Shown: positions 11,973 to 26,171 of the stretch, one piece after another
How positions within the stretch are numbered: position 1 is the stretch's first letter
Layout: each line of letters begins with the position of its first letter
Program-made: the position numbers and the translations under genes
The notes under the pieces: generated by a model
Told to the model about the DNA's origin: nothing
The model's database searches: none
The model's input: the letters and a program-made list of their open reading frames with translations, nothing else
Assembly (NCBI GenBank): GCA_002245135.1
Contig: NGBS01000885.1
Coordinates: forward strand, 1-64,000
Origin: Proteromonas lacertae
Taxonomy: Eukaryota
Length of the DNA stretch: 64,000 bases
Direction of reading: 5' to 3'

Positions 11973-13148
11973 ATGCCAATCGGTAACTTCAACTTCCAAA
12001 ATACAACCAGAATCCTGTTTGGTAAAGACACCATAAAAGAATTACCTCAATACTTACCAGAAGATAAACATTTTATCTTATGTTATGGTGGAGGTAGTAT
12101 AAAAAAATTTGGAACATATGATGCTGTTAAAAAAGCGTTAGGAAAGAGAACAGTGGAAGATTTTGGTGGAATCGAAGCAAATCCAGACTTTGACACTTTA
12201 ATGAAATGTGTAAATAGAATAAAAGAAATTGGTGTAGATAAATGCTTTTTATTAGCTGTAGGTGGTGGTTCTGTAGCTGATGGTTGTAAATTTATCGCTG
12301 CAGCTTCTTATTTCGAAGGTGATCCTTGGGAAGATTTATTATTGAAGCATGCTCCAATTAGTAAAGCAGTTCCAATCTCTGTAGTGTTGACTTTACCAGC
12401 CACTGGAAGTGAAAGTGATGAAGGAGGTGTAATATCTAGACGAAAACTACATCGAAAAGTAGCCCTTCAACATCATGAATTATTGCCAGTAGTGAGTGTA
12501 TTAGATCCTGTTTTATCTTATACTTTACCTGATAATCAAACAGCGAATGGTGTAGTAGATGCCTTTGTTCATGTTTGTGAACAATATGTGACATGGCCAT
12601 GTGATGCTGATTGTCAAGATCGATATTGTGAAGGATTAATGAAAGCTTTAATAAAGAATGGTGAAATAGTAATGAAAGAAAGAGAAAACTATACAGCTCG
12701 TGCGAATGTAGAATGGGCAGCGAATCAAGCGTTATATGGTTTATTACCATTAGGTGTGCCAGTTGATTGGTCAACACATTATATTGGTCATGAAATAACA
12801 GCGAATTTAGGATTAGATCATGGTGTAACATTGGCAATTGTTCAACCTCGATTATTTGAATATAAGATTGAACAAAAGAAAGAAAAGTTAGCAATGTTAG
12901 GTGAAGCTGTATTTGGAATAAAGAATAGTGATAAATTATGTGCAGCGAGAGAGACAATCAAAGCAATAGAACATTTCTATCATGATATAATGAAAGTTCC
13001 AACTCGAATAAGTGAATGTAAATGTAGTCAAGATAAAAGTTGGATAAAAGAAGTTTGTGATCGATTCCGAAAAGAAGGAACGAAATTGGGTGAACATGGA
13101 GATATTGGTGGTGATGAAATGGAAGTAATTTACAATAATTGTTATTAA
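11973..13148 (+). CDS. yqhD: YqhD-like aldehyde reductase, inverted dispersed copy
   Basis: Identical 391-aa protein; silent differences seen at 12008 (ACC/ACT) and 12125 (GCT/GCA). Confidence 0.95.
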   Translation: MPIGNFNFQNTTRILFGKDTIKELPQYLPEDKHFILCYGGGSIKKFGTYDAVKKALGKRTVEDFGGIEANPDFDTLMKCVNRIKEIGVDKCFLLAVGGGSVADGCKFIAAASYFEGDPWEDLLLKHAPISKAVPISVVLTLPATGSESDEGGVISRRKLHRKVALQHHELLPVVSVLDPVLSYTLPDNQTANGVVDAFVHVCEQYVTWPCDADCQDRYCEGLMKALIKNGEIVMKERENYTARANVEWAANQALYGLLPLGVPVDWSTHYIGHEITANLGLDHGVTLAIVQPRLFEYKIEQKKEKLAMLGEAVFGIKNSDKLCAARETIKAIEHFYHDIMKVPTRISECKCSQDKSWIKEVCDRFRKEGTKLGEHGDIGGDEMEVIYNNCY

Positions 13149-13230
13149 AATATTGAATTAACTGAATTTCATATTTTTTGTGTTTTATTGTTAATAATTG
13201 CAGAAATAATATATTTTCATACATAGAAAA

Positions 13231-15825
13231 TTAATTAATGATTTCACATTGTTCTTTAAATTGTTTAATAAATTCTTCAGAATTATTAATACAATCTTTT
13301 ATTTTATTTTGGAATATTCTAGAATCATCTAAACTCTTCAGTATTGGCTCTAATAGTTCATCAACTGAATAATATTTACATATTCTCTCTATTTGTTGAT
13401 TTACTATAAATAATAATAAAAAGAAATATACTTGTTTCTGTATTTTCTACTACATTATTCATACTATCAAAATTCAAATTGTTGTTAAACTCATCAATAT
13501 CGTTACATATTGATTCAGTTGTGTTATTATTTTTATCTAAACTATATTCCTGTATTACATCACTTATTTTATCTATTGAATTTGTATTTGTGATTATTAT
13601 TTCTTTTGTTTCTATTGTTGATAGTTCTGATTGTAAATGATTTAATATTTTGTCTATTAATTCACTTTGATCTATTTCTATTGTTTTTCTTAACTTCTTT
13701 TGAGCTTTATTGTATGTTACAACTTGTCCTGAATTCAAATCTTCCAATTCTTTTTTAATATTTTCATTTGCTGTGTTTATTAAGTTGATATTCATTTGAT
13801 GATATTTTTATGACTTTCCTTTAGTTTTATTAATCTATTTTGAAAATTGTCATACATTTGTTTGTATGTTTTATTTACCACTTCGATTAATTCATCACAT
13901 TTTGTTACTATAAAATCAGTTGAATATGTGACATCGTTTAAATCTTTATCCATTATATTTTTGATTCTTTCACTCATTTTTTCAACATTATTTTTCAATT
14001 TGTTTATTTTTTCATATATTTTATTGATGTTACTCAGTATGTGCTTTGATCTAGTTAATTGACAATTGTTTATTATTTCATTAATATAACCATTAAATAG
14101 ATTTTGAAGGTTTTGTAACGACTATTTATTTTATATTAAATGAAATATAATAATATACAGCTTTTTGACATTCAAAGAACAGTTTAATTTGAGTATTAAT
14201 CCTCTCTTTATGTTCATATTGACAATGTCTTACATTCTCAATAGAATATTGAAATGTTTTAATACTATTAAGATAATAAATAAATAAATAAATAAATTAT
14301 AAAAAAAATATATATAAAATACTTTTGTGACATATTTTCAAATAGTTTTTGTCTTATTTCATGATTCGTATTATCTATTTGTTTATGTCTTTCAATATTC
14401 ACTAATAGTTTATCTATTTCTTCCATTGAATTCTTAATTTTCATTAATAATGACTGCGATTCGTTGTATAATCGCCTTTCTTTCTCTTTTTCTTCATCTA
14501 ATTCATTTTCTCTTATTTTTGCTTGATTTTGAATCTCATTTAAATCACTGTCAATTAAATTCAATTCATTTTCTAATGATTCTAATTCGTTGGCTTTTCT
14601 CATTAAGTCTTCATCTTGTAGTTTTATTCTTTCTAACATTTTATTATATTCATCTTCAGGGATTCTCATTCCAGATGATTTTACTTGTCTCTCAAGCTCT
14701 TTCTCAAGCTCTCTCATTTCTTTCTCTAGTTTCAACACTTCTGCTTTTCTGTTTAATTTTTGGTTAAGACTTGGTTGATTCTTTATTGACTTAGCTCTTG
14801 TTGCATATTCTAATGTAGATGTAGTCTCATCCCTTGCATTATATGATGGAGAGAATGTTGCTATAATGCAAGACATATTTTTACCACCTAGTGATTCTTG
14901 TAATAAACGTGTTAACTTACTATCTCTATATGGAACATACGGTTGTGCATCTACTAATGCTGTAATTACTCTACCTAAAGTTAATAATGATTGGTTAATC
15001 TTCTTCGCTTCAGAAGCTCTAGCAGAATCTGCCATTGTTTTACCTTGACATTCACTACCAGCTAAATCTACTAAATTCAATTTCCCAGTTCGAATTAAAT
15101 CTCCTTCTACCACAGTTTGTTTTACAACCACTGTTATTGTAAATATTGCATGTGATCTACTACTATGTTCGTTCATTCTAGTTGCTGCTGTTTTACGTTT
15201 GGAGGAGGCTTGATCTAAATAGTTATAAACATCGTATGGGTTATCCACCGTGATTTCTGTAAGATCTTGAACTATAATCCCTTTGTTTTTATCTTCATAT
15301 ATTTTTAAGTCTTCAGTTTTATTAGATAATAGATCATTTACCATCTATTAAAAATATTAAAAATATATACATACTTCTTTATATATTTCAAGATAAGATA
15401 TACTAACACTATATTCACAATCTATTTCGTAGAGTCTTTCAAATATATATTGTATTGATCGTGGTATCACACCATTCTCTTCTTTATTTTCTAAATTACC
15501 TTCCATCGTGTATGTTTTGCCTGTTCCTGTTTGACCATATGCAAATACAGTGCAATTATATCCGCCTAATACTTCGTCTAATATATTCTGAATACATTCA
15601 TCAAAAACCTCAGCTTGTGTGGATGTTTGTGAAAATACTTTATCAAATTTGTATGTTCTAAGAGCTTGTGAATCTCTTCCTCGTTTATATGAAACTGTGA
15701 CAAGATTTCTAAATTCATCACACTGAACAGATGATAAACTACCTTCTTCTTTAGTAAGAGGCCTATTAAAATAGATAAATATAATACCTGCATCTAGCGA
15801 TAACCTGAATATTCTTTTCTGGCAT
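13231..15825 (-). CDS. Kinesin-5 (BimC/Eg5-like) motor with coiled-coil tail; multi-exon; apparent 1-bp frameshift near 13795
   Basis: Spliced start MPEKNIQVIARCRP; YGQTGTGKT P-loop; SSRSH; GKLNLVDLAGSE; INQSLLTLGRVITALV; PYRDSKLTRLLQESLGG; STLEYATRAKSIKNQP. Confidence 0.88.
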
Positions 15826-15982
15826 TTTTAAAAAACAAAATTTTAAATTTTGAAACGACTAATTTTGTTATAATTATTTTTTTCATGATACAAAGAGAGT
15901 ATACCAAACAAAAACAATAAAAAATACATATAGTTATACAAACAAGAAAATAATAATAATAACATATGTCATTGACACTAAT

Positions 15983-17245
15983 TTATCTTTTTTCTTTCTT
16001 ATCAAAAACACCAAGGCAGAATAATATTCTTTTCACACTTTCATAGGTTCCCCAAGATAAACCAACTGCAGGAAAATTAAATAAAGCTCTAGGTCCAACA
16101 CCTCTGAAAAATGATAGAAGTCCTTCATTTTTCTAATCATAATATCTTATAAATAAGTATATATACAAATATCTTATAGGATGTATCAATCAAACCATAG
16201 TACATCCTATTATCATGAATTTCAGCCATAACTCTACCTTTATAATTCAAATGTGCTTTAACGTGATGTACTGGATCTGGTAACATTCTTCTCTTCCTTT
16301 CTCTCTTCACTTTATGGTATAATGCATGAATCTCTTTTCTAGATTTCCCTTTTAACTCACCTAACTCAATACCATATTCAGACTCTAATACTTTATAAAA
16401 GTCTTTATGTAATTCAACATTAATTTCAGTTTTATTTTGCCAAACTTCATGTTTCTTCACATGTTGAGTTTGTAATCTTGTTTTCACTACATCAAGTGGA
16501 CAAGTCAATGCAGCGGCTGCAGAACCTGCAATTCCACCACTTAAGAAGAAGACTACTGGGTTTAACTTACCACTAGGATTCATTTTCTTTTTTAACCATT
16601 CGTTGATTGGTAACATTATTGCTGAATAAGGTACTCCCAGAATTAAGGTGGTTGGATAACTTCTGAAGAGTGTACCGACTCCTTCTACTTTGAATATTTG
16701 ATGGAATGCCTTACTTATTCTACCATTATATTCACCTATTTGTAATCTTTGCTTGATTACATCGAATGGAGTCATGCATAGATCATGAAGGGCTGTTGCA
16801 CCTACACCTGCACAACTGATTGCTAGTGATTCATGTCTAGTTTTATTAATTAAAAATACATAAATATATTGCTAATTAAAAAAAGATATCCGGCATTTTT
16901 GATGTGAAATATGATTTAAATTGTTCATATACAGTAAAATACACAGCATGAGATGGAATACAAGCAAGCAAAACAGTTGAAACACCTTTCCACAGTCTAA
17001 TAAACCCTTTTTGTTTAACCATCTTATAAGCCAATTTAAAAGCATTATCTTTAATACCTTCAGCATTTGATACTTGGTAGTGCGTCTAAATAAAAATAAA
17101 TAACTTTCAATACCTTCAATGTATCAACTGGGAACATAACAGCATGCTCAGTCACTCCACCAGATATACCGGATATCATATGCACATAGAATGGAACGGA
17201 TTTCGGATCCCATTCTTCCCAATTCTCATTAACTTCTATATCCAT
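15983..17245 (-). CDS. Mitochondrial carrier (SLC25), mitoferrin/Mrs3-4-like, with a long insertion in repeat 3
   Basis: EHAVMFPVDTLK, HDLCMTPFDVIKQRLQ, RSYPTTL, TCPLDVVKTRLQTQ, SWGTYE: three PxDxxK signatures with mitoferrin-type EH/HD residues. Confidence 0.88.
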
Positions 17246-17558
17246 TTTTAAAATTTGTTCGTTTTACACATTCTTTTTAACAAAAAAACAAACTAATTCC
17301 ACCCAAAATTCTATTGGTAATTAATTTTTGTCCTACTGTATAAAAACACTGTTATTTTTATGGTTGTATATCTATCTGTAGAACTTGTGTTTGAGTGGAT
17401 TTACTTTATTTTTTATAAAAATTTTAAAATTGCTATTGTTTAAACACATTATATATGATTATCATTTTCTGAGTTTGTTTACTATCTGTATTAGTTTTTT
17501 CATAAAAGAAATAACGAATATAATTTATTTGTCCCAATTTTATTGTTTGATTTTTTTC

Positions 17559-18073
17559 ATGTCTAAGACAGTTTGCAAGTATTAACTTTATTTGTTCATT
17601 TATTAGATATTGTAATTTACCATATTATAATATTAATGAACATCTTCAACTTGTATATCATAATATATTTTTGTAGTGTTCAAAAGCACCTCAAAATTGT
17701 CCAACAGATAATTCTACTGATCAATTAGTTTTAGATGAAGTGACAAAACGTAAACTTGTAGGAAACCCTATATCAAATATTACTCCAAGTGAAAGATTAA
17801 ATTTGTTGTCAAGACTCCAAAAAAGGACTGGTTATTCTGCTACCCCTGATGAAATACCTCAAGACTTGTTTCAATTACATCCTTTAGAAACTGTTGATTA
17901 TAACTACCTAGATACAAGTAGTATAAAACAATTAGAAGATAGAAAAAACGAACTAGAGAAGATGGAAAGAGATTTTCTTCAGAAAATATCCGTTATTGAG
18001 TATATTTATTAAATCTTATAATTATCTTAGAGATGAATGTTCTAAGTTCTATTACCAAGAAGACGACGAATGA
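17559..18073 (+). CDS. Small hypothetical protein with N-terminal C2HC-type zinc-finger-like motif and C-terminal coiled coil; 3 introns
   Basis: Removing 28- and 24-nt GT-AG introns gives MSKTVCKYCNLPYYNINEHLQLCSKAP..., in frame with ORF 17740..18012; last exon ends EDDE-TGA at 18073. Confidence 0.6.
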
Positions 18074-19007
18074 GTAATATAATTTAATAGTTAATTACTT
18101 GATTATATGATTTAAATACAATAACGAGTTTACAATAGTAATTTTAGTATTTTAAAAACTAAATTGAGATATAATATATGTTCTTAAAGTCCAGAAGAAG
18201 TATATGGATAAGAATACAGCAAATATAGTGTCGTATGGTCAATTGGATGTAAATTATTCTATGAATAGAAGATTAAAATACTCATAGAAAATTTAATGAC
18301 AAATGGAATACTAGAGAAGAAATGTAAATGAGAATTTAATTTCTCTTCTAATGTTTCACTTCTCATTAAATTATTTTATGAGCTGTTTAAAACTCCATTC
18401 AATATAATATACATTCAATTGATCGTTAGACATTACTTTCTAATCCATTTAAAACTTCAGGACTTTCCAAACATATACTATACATTTTCTGAATTCAGTT
18501 TCTTAAAGCCTAAAATCATTGCCTTAATATGTCTACAACTCGTTATTGTCTGATTAAAGTAGAAATTTCTAAATCTAATAATTTCTCATGTATAATGCAT
18601 GGTGAGTATTGAATTATCTATAAAATATAAATATTTGAATATTTAATAAATTTGGCATTCTTTTGCCCACTAATAACTATAATTAGTTAAAACTGAGGAT
18701 AGAGAAAGCAGTATATAACACTGAATAAGAACAATTAACAACTTAAACAACTAATCATTCGTGCAACAGTGTATTTTTATAATTAGATTGAGTTTATAGT
18801 AATATATACCTCTATTACTTCCACAATTTTATTATTACAATCCATTTAATAAGTTTATTTCAATTAATTTCATTTTCATTGCATTTTTACTTCAGCATGA
18901 TGAGAAAAGTGAAATGCAAATCTTATAAAATGTAATTATTCAAGCCACATGTTCAAGCTTTTATTTTATTTTTCAAAAAATAATTTCACAAAATAAAAAT
19001 TACAAAG

Positions 19008-22000
19008 TTAGTTCCATACTTTAATAACACCATCTCTACTACCAGACAAAATAAATCTTGATAATGTCAAATTCGAAGAAGCACTGGGTGTATAAGCTGT
19101 TAATAACTCCATTGTCTTAATGGAATCCAAATGTGATACTGGTGGCAATAATATACCTCTTCCTTCCATTTCAGGGAATGATCTTCCACTTATAGGTAGA
19201 GATAATGGTCCTTGTGACAATGTAAATGAAGATGTAATAGAAGTAAATGTAGGATGACCATCTCCTGGATTAACACCAGAAATCAAGTAACTGTTATTCC
19301 CAGAGAGTAAATTCCAATACGTAATTCTTCTATCATCACCAGCAGATATAACATAATTATTATTTGACCCTTCTGGTATTAGAATACTGTTAATTTGCGG
19401 ATCGTTGTTATTCTGGTAGATTGTATTGCTTAAATTGTTAGTATCTTCATCAGGGTTGAATTCTTCAACAGCAGGACGAGGTGATGGTTGTACATTCAAT
19501 AAACTGTCTAATTAATTAATATATATATATAAATATAATATACTTGTGTCATATAAAGCTGTATTAAGTGATTGTTCAATCAAAGATGACTTTCTCTTCG
19601 CCATACTCTCATTAATATTATTCGGTAAAACTCTTAAAGTGTGTAATAATTCACCTGTATTTAAGTTAAAGCAATCTAATTCATTATGTCCACTAGCCAC
19701 CCAACATACTGGATTATAAGGTGGATTTCTCCATACTACTGGTTTCAATTGATTGATTCTCTGTTTATCATTATGTCTCCACAATTTCAATAATAAATTA
19801 TATCTCAAATCCCATAATCCAATATAACCTTTGCTTGTTCCTACCACACACCAAGTTTGATCATTACCTACACCAATTGTAGTAATTGTACCTAATTCAG
19901 CAGGTAATGTGAGAAAACTATCACTTAGATTGTTTCTAATATCTAATAAATGGATTTTTGAGCTTTGTGTACCATATAATAACACTGTAGTAGAGTTAGT
20001 AGTGAATTGATTCATTGTATAAATTGCACCTTCACCTGATCCAGTTCTATGAATGGAAGTTGCACTATTTACACTGTAATTATCACCTTGTGAAACTCCT
20101 TCAACTTTTGTGGGTAAATATTCAACTCTGCAGATATGAATTGAACCTTGATCACTTGAACTAGCGAATGTGTGACTATTATCTAAGAATAATATATCAG
20201 TAATTCTTCCACCTTGACTTTTATCTGTTAGTTTGGATTTATAACCTACATCACGTTCTAATCCTCTTGTTTCCCATATTTTCACTGTTCCATCATCACT
20301 ACAACTGCTGAAGAAGTTCATATCTTGACTTACAGCTATTTTGTTAATACTATTGGTATGTTCTTTGATAGTGGTAATTAAGTTACCTTTAGGAAACCAA
20401 TCACTGAATTTGATATTACCAAACGGGTTTGAAATGTACTTTTTGTATTCTTTACCTTGGACAGTTCGTAATGTACCGAGATCTTGAGGTAACTTGGGGA
20501 GATTTAATGAAATAATACGTTTCTAATATAATAATGTGATAAAAATAATAATAAAATGATATAAGAAAAGAAAAAAAATAACACAAATAAGTTAAACAGT
20601 ATTATATATATATATATATATATATACCTCTAATAATGGTGTATTTAATGTCATTATTACATCTTCCTTTGATATAACTGGTTTATTTGCTTCACCACCT
20701 TCTTCCTTTGGTGTATTGGGAGATTGTTTTCTAATTATTGTACCAACTTTATTAACGGATATTCCATATTCATTGAAGAGATAATTAGCATCTTCTACTT
20801 CAGTATATCTTCTACCAGTAGTTGGAGTATGATTGATTTTACGATATAAACTGCCTGTTTTCATACTGGGAATCTAAATAAAACATAAATCAGAAAAAAA
20901 AAGAGATATATATACATGAATTGTTTTGGGTTTTATATTTGTAATAATATTCAAATTATTACTATTCATCTCATTCGTAGCATTCAACAAATTATCCAAT
21001 TCGAATGTATTTTGTCTTTTTGATAAATGATTATATAAAACAATCATTTCTTCACTCAGTGGTTGTGGGCTTTGAGGTATTGTTAATGTCATTGAATCTC
21101 TATTGGGCGTATTAGAACCTGTGGCTTCAGCACTTTGAATTATTTCAATACTTTCAAATTCTTCACGTTTTACTGGTGGGTTGATTATATCATCTAATAT
21201 ATCTTTTGTCCAGATATATCCATAGAGTGTTTTTCCTTTGATTAAATAACTTTCTAATGGTGTAATCATGTAATAGGAGGATAAGGCTGGTCCCCAGATA
21301 TTGTAAGCAGCAATAATGACATTGAGAACGAGAGAACGTATATTTTTGGAGGGATATAGTAATAGTGGAATCTAAGAATATAATGATAAATATGTAAAAA
21401 ATTAAGTAAAAAAAAAAAAGGAATAAAAATGATGAAATAATCAATATATATATATATATATATACTGTTTCTGTTATTAAGCTTAACATTGATTCATTAC
21501 CAAATACTCCATTCTCAAATAACTTCTTCAAATTCTCCAAAGTTGTCATAATTACATATTCATTACTATCTATCAACAATGTGATCAAATTATTCAGAAT
21601 TTCCTTCTTTATAACATCCTTTGGTAAAATAGAACATATCTTTGGTAGATGGGTGAGAAATTCAATCTTTATATCTGGATCACTGGTCTTTAATAATGAC
21701 AAGAATTGACCTAATATTGAATCACCTAAATTACCTCCAAAGAAGTCAGAAAATAGTGATAAGTTCTTACATAATGCAATGTTAATTGTACTGTTATTTT
21801 GAGAGATTAATTTAGATATGATGGTTTGAACGGAGGCTTGAAGTAATCTTAAATCTAAATCATAATGACTAGTGGAAGATTCAGTTTTGGAATGCAAAAA
21901 CATATTGTTTTCTAATAATAATTTGGATAAAACGGCTAGTTTTCCTAATACATGACTGATTGCTATTTTTACTATTTCATCAGTACTATTTATAAATAAA

Positions 22001-23897
22001 ATAATTAAATTGAATTAAATATATACTTTTCATTTGTTAATGATGAAAATACAGGCAATATATAATCAATATATAATGACGATTCAGTAATTGGATAATT
22101 ATCGATTGACTCCAATATATTCACTAGTAATTCAATAGCATGAATTCTGACAATGGCATTTTCTTCTTCAGTAATAATTGCTAATAAATATGGAACGAGT
22201 CTCTCTAATTTGATATTAATATAACAATAATGACAGAAATGGTTTAATATCTGAAAACACATGATTTTAGTTTGAGGGAGTTGTACTGAACGAATATGTG
22301 ATAAAATTAACTCCATTGGAAATACAACTTGAGGAATTGCTATAAAATATATAAATATAAGAAGAAAAATGAAAGAAAAAGAAAATACAAAAAATACAAC
22401 AATACAGTAATACAGTGTATAAGTGTATATATATATATACGTTCACCATAATCAAACACTATATTAGTATCATCTCTTGGCGGAATCATTGATAATGCTC
22501 TTTCTGACCTTCTATTACCTTCACTATTAATTTTCTCACATTCTTCCTTAATCTCATTCAATCTAGCCGTTTCACTTCCAGCTCCACTTTTGATATACCT
22601 TTTATTATTATTATCTTCACTATTTCTTTCATCAAATACAGGTAAATCACTGTACAATGAATTCTCTCGCTTTCTACCAAAATTTTTAGATTGATTTTGT
22701 TGATTAGGTGGTAATTCTTTTCCTAATATTTCTTTAAATATTTCACTCTGATTTTCTTGAATATAATACATTCTACTATCCGGTGAATTATATTTGGGTG
22801 ATAATAACACCTTTAAGAAATCGAATAATTTCTGGAAATATTTAGGGAACAGAGTTTCTGAAAATTTTTGGATATAAGAAGAAGCGCTCAATCTTTTACA
22901 AGGGTCTAAATCAATCATGGACAAAATCAATTTTTTAATTTCACTATCTTCAATTCTTTTTTCCAATAACACTTCAGGATTAAGTTCTTTATTTCTAAAC
23001 TTCAATAATGAGGTTAAATCGAACAAAGGTTCACCTTCAAAGAATAATTCTGCAATAACACAACCCATAGAGAAAATATCCATACTTGGTAATAGTCCTG
23101 TTGCAATTTTATTTTGATAATTTTTATCTGCTTCACCAAATTCAGTTGGTAATTCAATATTATTTATACTATATTACAATGTAAAATATTTTTTTATATT
23201 TATTATACTCTTTTCTGAATCGTTCTGGTGCTATATAACATCTTTCTCTTCCATGAGATTCAAAGAAATAGGAGAAATATAATGAAGCATTATCATCTGC
23301 TATATAGGTTGGTTTGTAACATGCAAAATCTGTTAAAAATAACCAGTTCCAACTAGTCACTAAAATATTCTCTGATTTTATATCACCATGACAATAATTT
23401 GCACTATGTAATTGTTCCAAAGACTTTAAACAGAGATATGCAATCCATAATTTCTCACAATGTGTGTAGAATGGTACAGTACTAAGATATTATATATTTA
23501 ATAACTATAATTTATACTTTACTCTTCTATATAATGTGTTATATAACTTCTGTCTGATTAATAACGCTACATTGTATTTCTTACTATCATAAGTTGCAGA
23601 ATACGGTAAAATATTGTGCTGAATGCTTGGATTCAAATTCAATGAATAATTATGGATTATATCCTGATATTGCTTCAGATCTTCATTTTCACTCTGCTTC
23701 GGATATACTTTGACAATAAAAAAGCCATCGTCACCTTCACACTCACAAGTCTTCATAAATTTACCTGCACTTACAGTATTCTATTATTATCAAATAAAAT
23801 ACAAAATTCATACTTTAAACACATAGGATGATATATCAGTAACAAAAGTATGAAGATCATTCTTCAATGTAACTCTTGTAGTTGGCACATTCCCCAT
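19008..23897 (-). CDS. VPS15: Vps15/PIK3R4 (kinase-like domain, HEAT repeats, WD40), multi-exon
   Basis: MGN start (myristoylation Gly); CHGDIKSENILVTSWNWLFLTDFA; FFESHGRERCYIAPERF; MDIFSMGCVIAELF; KLERLVPY; C-terminal WD40 ending SGSRDGVIKVWN. Confidence 0.95.
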
Positions 23898-24057
23898 TTT
23901 AAAATCTTTATGAAAAGATATCAAACCTACGGCTTGAATTTATTTTTTTATTGTGTTTTTTTTAAAACAATTGAAGTGTAATAATGCTAAACAATATTTA
24001 CCATCAATACTATTCACTCTATTATTACAAACAAAACTATAAAATAAAATAGTTAAA

Positions 24058-24499
24058 TTATGATTGTTGTGGAGCTTCAGGAATTGCATTTTCTTGTTCT
24101 CCTCCTGTTAGTTCGATTAGCAATTGCCAATCTGATGGATTATCTAATTTCACTGATTTCTTTAAACACTCTATTGCTTCTTTTTTCTCTACAAGAATTT
24201 ATACATGATTAAATATACTATTAACAGCTATATATGTTCGAGCTAATACTTGGTAAGCATTATACTATTAAAAATAATTATTCTGTTCAATACATTTGTA
24301 GGATCATTATCTATAGCTTTTTTAAAACTATAAATTGCATAATTATATTTCTTTCTATTGTGAAATCCAACACCAGCTCTAAACCAACCTAGACTTGACT
24401 TTGGAAGCTATTAAATGATATAAAAACTCATATTTATACCATTCCTATTCTCTTCTTGATCCAAGTTTCAGTATCATCTAAATCATCTTCAATTGACAT
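24058..24499 (-). CDS. Small TPR protein (~115 aa, 3 introns)
   Basis: Spliced: ...SLGWFRAGVGFHNRKKYNYAIYSFKKAIDNDPTN|YNAYQVLARTYIAVN|KKKEAIECLKKSVKLDNPSDW..., matching TPR consensus. Confidence 0.75.
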
Positions 24500-24986
24500 T
24501 TCTATTCCTCAAAAAATCTATTTTGAAACAAAAAACGGTTTGAGATAAATCAAGCTTTTATTTGATAGTTTGTTTTTAATATAGCAAGACTGGACGACCT
24601 TATAGATATAATAGAAGAATATTTGAATGGATTTGATGAAGATATAGAATTAGAAACTGTTTCTGTATCTCAATTCGAAGATTTGATAAAAAGAAAAGTA
24701 ATATTACCATTAATTAATGTTGAAAATAACAAACAGGTATATGTACAAGATTTAATAACAATAGATATCAACACTTCAAAGACAATTCACTTTTTTTGAC
24801 AAACTGCTTGAATTACCACCAGTAAATCAACTGCATCTATCTACATCATCCATATGTTATATAAATAAAATAATTAATATTTCAGAAAATTCAATCACAA
24901 AATTTAATATCTTCATATCTTCTCAATATTCAATCCATTTTTTTAATCAAATACTTATCCAATACAATTCATATCTTTCAATATTA

Positions 24987-26090
24987 ATGAACAACTCAAA
25001 TACAAAAATATCAACAGTAAAATGGAAAATGAATCAGATTTTAGTTATTCAAATAATAAGGTATTTCCTCCTAAATAAATCATCCAAAACCAAACTAGAA
25101 ATATCGCAACAATCAAATTTCATTATTTATTTCCTTGTTTATAGATATAACTATATTCATTGGAATTTTAACAATGAAATTATGAATAAATACACAAAAT
25201 GCAATTCTATATGTTATATATACAATATTTATAGAAATAATAACAATAATAGTAAATTAAATATTCCAATTGATTTATCAATGCTTTTTTACTATTTATT
25301 TTATAATAATAATAAAGATGATCGTAGTATTGATAAATGTATAAGTGATATAGATATTATAACGAAAGAATGTGAAGAGATAATAAGAGTGTATTGTAAA
25401 AGAATAGATACAAATTCATTGAAGATTGTTATTAATAGAAATATAGAAAATGAATTTATTCAAAATAATTCATTAGAATTTTGTAAGTTTATGAATGAGA
25501 TATTAATGGATAATATTAAAACTAATAAATCTAATATAATAGCAAAGAAAGAAAACGTTAATATAATAATCAGTTTAATGTATAAATTCAAAGATCAACA
25601 ACCAATTTTAGAAATGTTTATTCACTTTATTTTGCTATTAAATGAAAGTGATAAAGATATTTTGCAAATAATTTGGGAAATGATAAGAACAAAAGATGAA
25701 ACAGACAATAATAATAATTTCACATTTCTATTGTTGGAATTATTCTATAATATAATAGTTTATACTCCTCTTCAACTATCAGTAGCAGTTACAGTGAATG
25801 AAAATGTTTTAAATAGAAAGTTATTGGGAGTTAAACAACCTGATAAGCCAGTTATTTATCATCCAAAATCTAAAATACTAATTAAGCAACAACAGCATAT
25901 GAAAGCAGTTACTATCAATGATGTATGTGAGTTTATTAGAAATAAAGGTAAGGAGTTGTGTTCTGAGCAGTTGTTGAGTAAATATAATGAATTATTCAAA
26001 TCTTATGGTTTAGAGGATGTTAAGTTATTTTCAAGTATAAGAAATGGAAGAAAATTAGATAATTTAAGAGTTAATGAAATTAAATGTTAA
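24987..26090 (+). CDS. Hypothetical Asn/Ile-rich protein (probably multi-exon; true start likely further upstream)
   Basis: 367-codon ORF in AT-rich DNA; no motif recognised. Confidence 0.45.
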   Translation: MNNSNTKISTVKWKMNQILVIQIIRYFLLNKSSKTKLEISQQSNFIIYFLVYRYNYIHWNFNNEIMNKYTKCNSICYIYNIYRNNNNNSKLNIPIDLSMLFYYLFYNNNKDDRSIDKCISDIDIITKECEEIIRVYCKRIDTNSLKIVINRNIENEFIQNNSLEFCKFMNEILMDNIKTNKSNIIAKKENVNIIISLMYKFKDQQPILEMFIHFILLLNESDKDILQIIWEMIRTKDETDNNNNFTFLLLELFYNIIVYTPLQLSVAVTVNENVLNRKLLGVKQPDKPVIYHPKSKILIKQQQHMKAVTINDVCEFIRNKGKELCSEQLLSKYNELFKSYGLEDVKLFSSIRNGRKLDNLRVNEIKC

Positions 26091-26171
26091 TATTTTCTTG
26101 TAATTGTGACAAAAATTAGAAAAATGTAAATACCAAATGTAAATGACATGTTATAAAGTCAAAAATTTTTA

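Noticed and set aside
13790..13800. Programmed frameshift in kinesin-5 (also near 29695 and 50571)
   Set aside because: Single-base indels, mostly in or near homopolymers, match the error pattern in the YqhD array; raw reads are needed.
18100..18950. Possible gene or ncRNA in the gap before Vps15
   Set aside because: Only short broken frames; no consistent spliced model or RNA structure could be supported.
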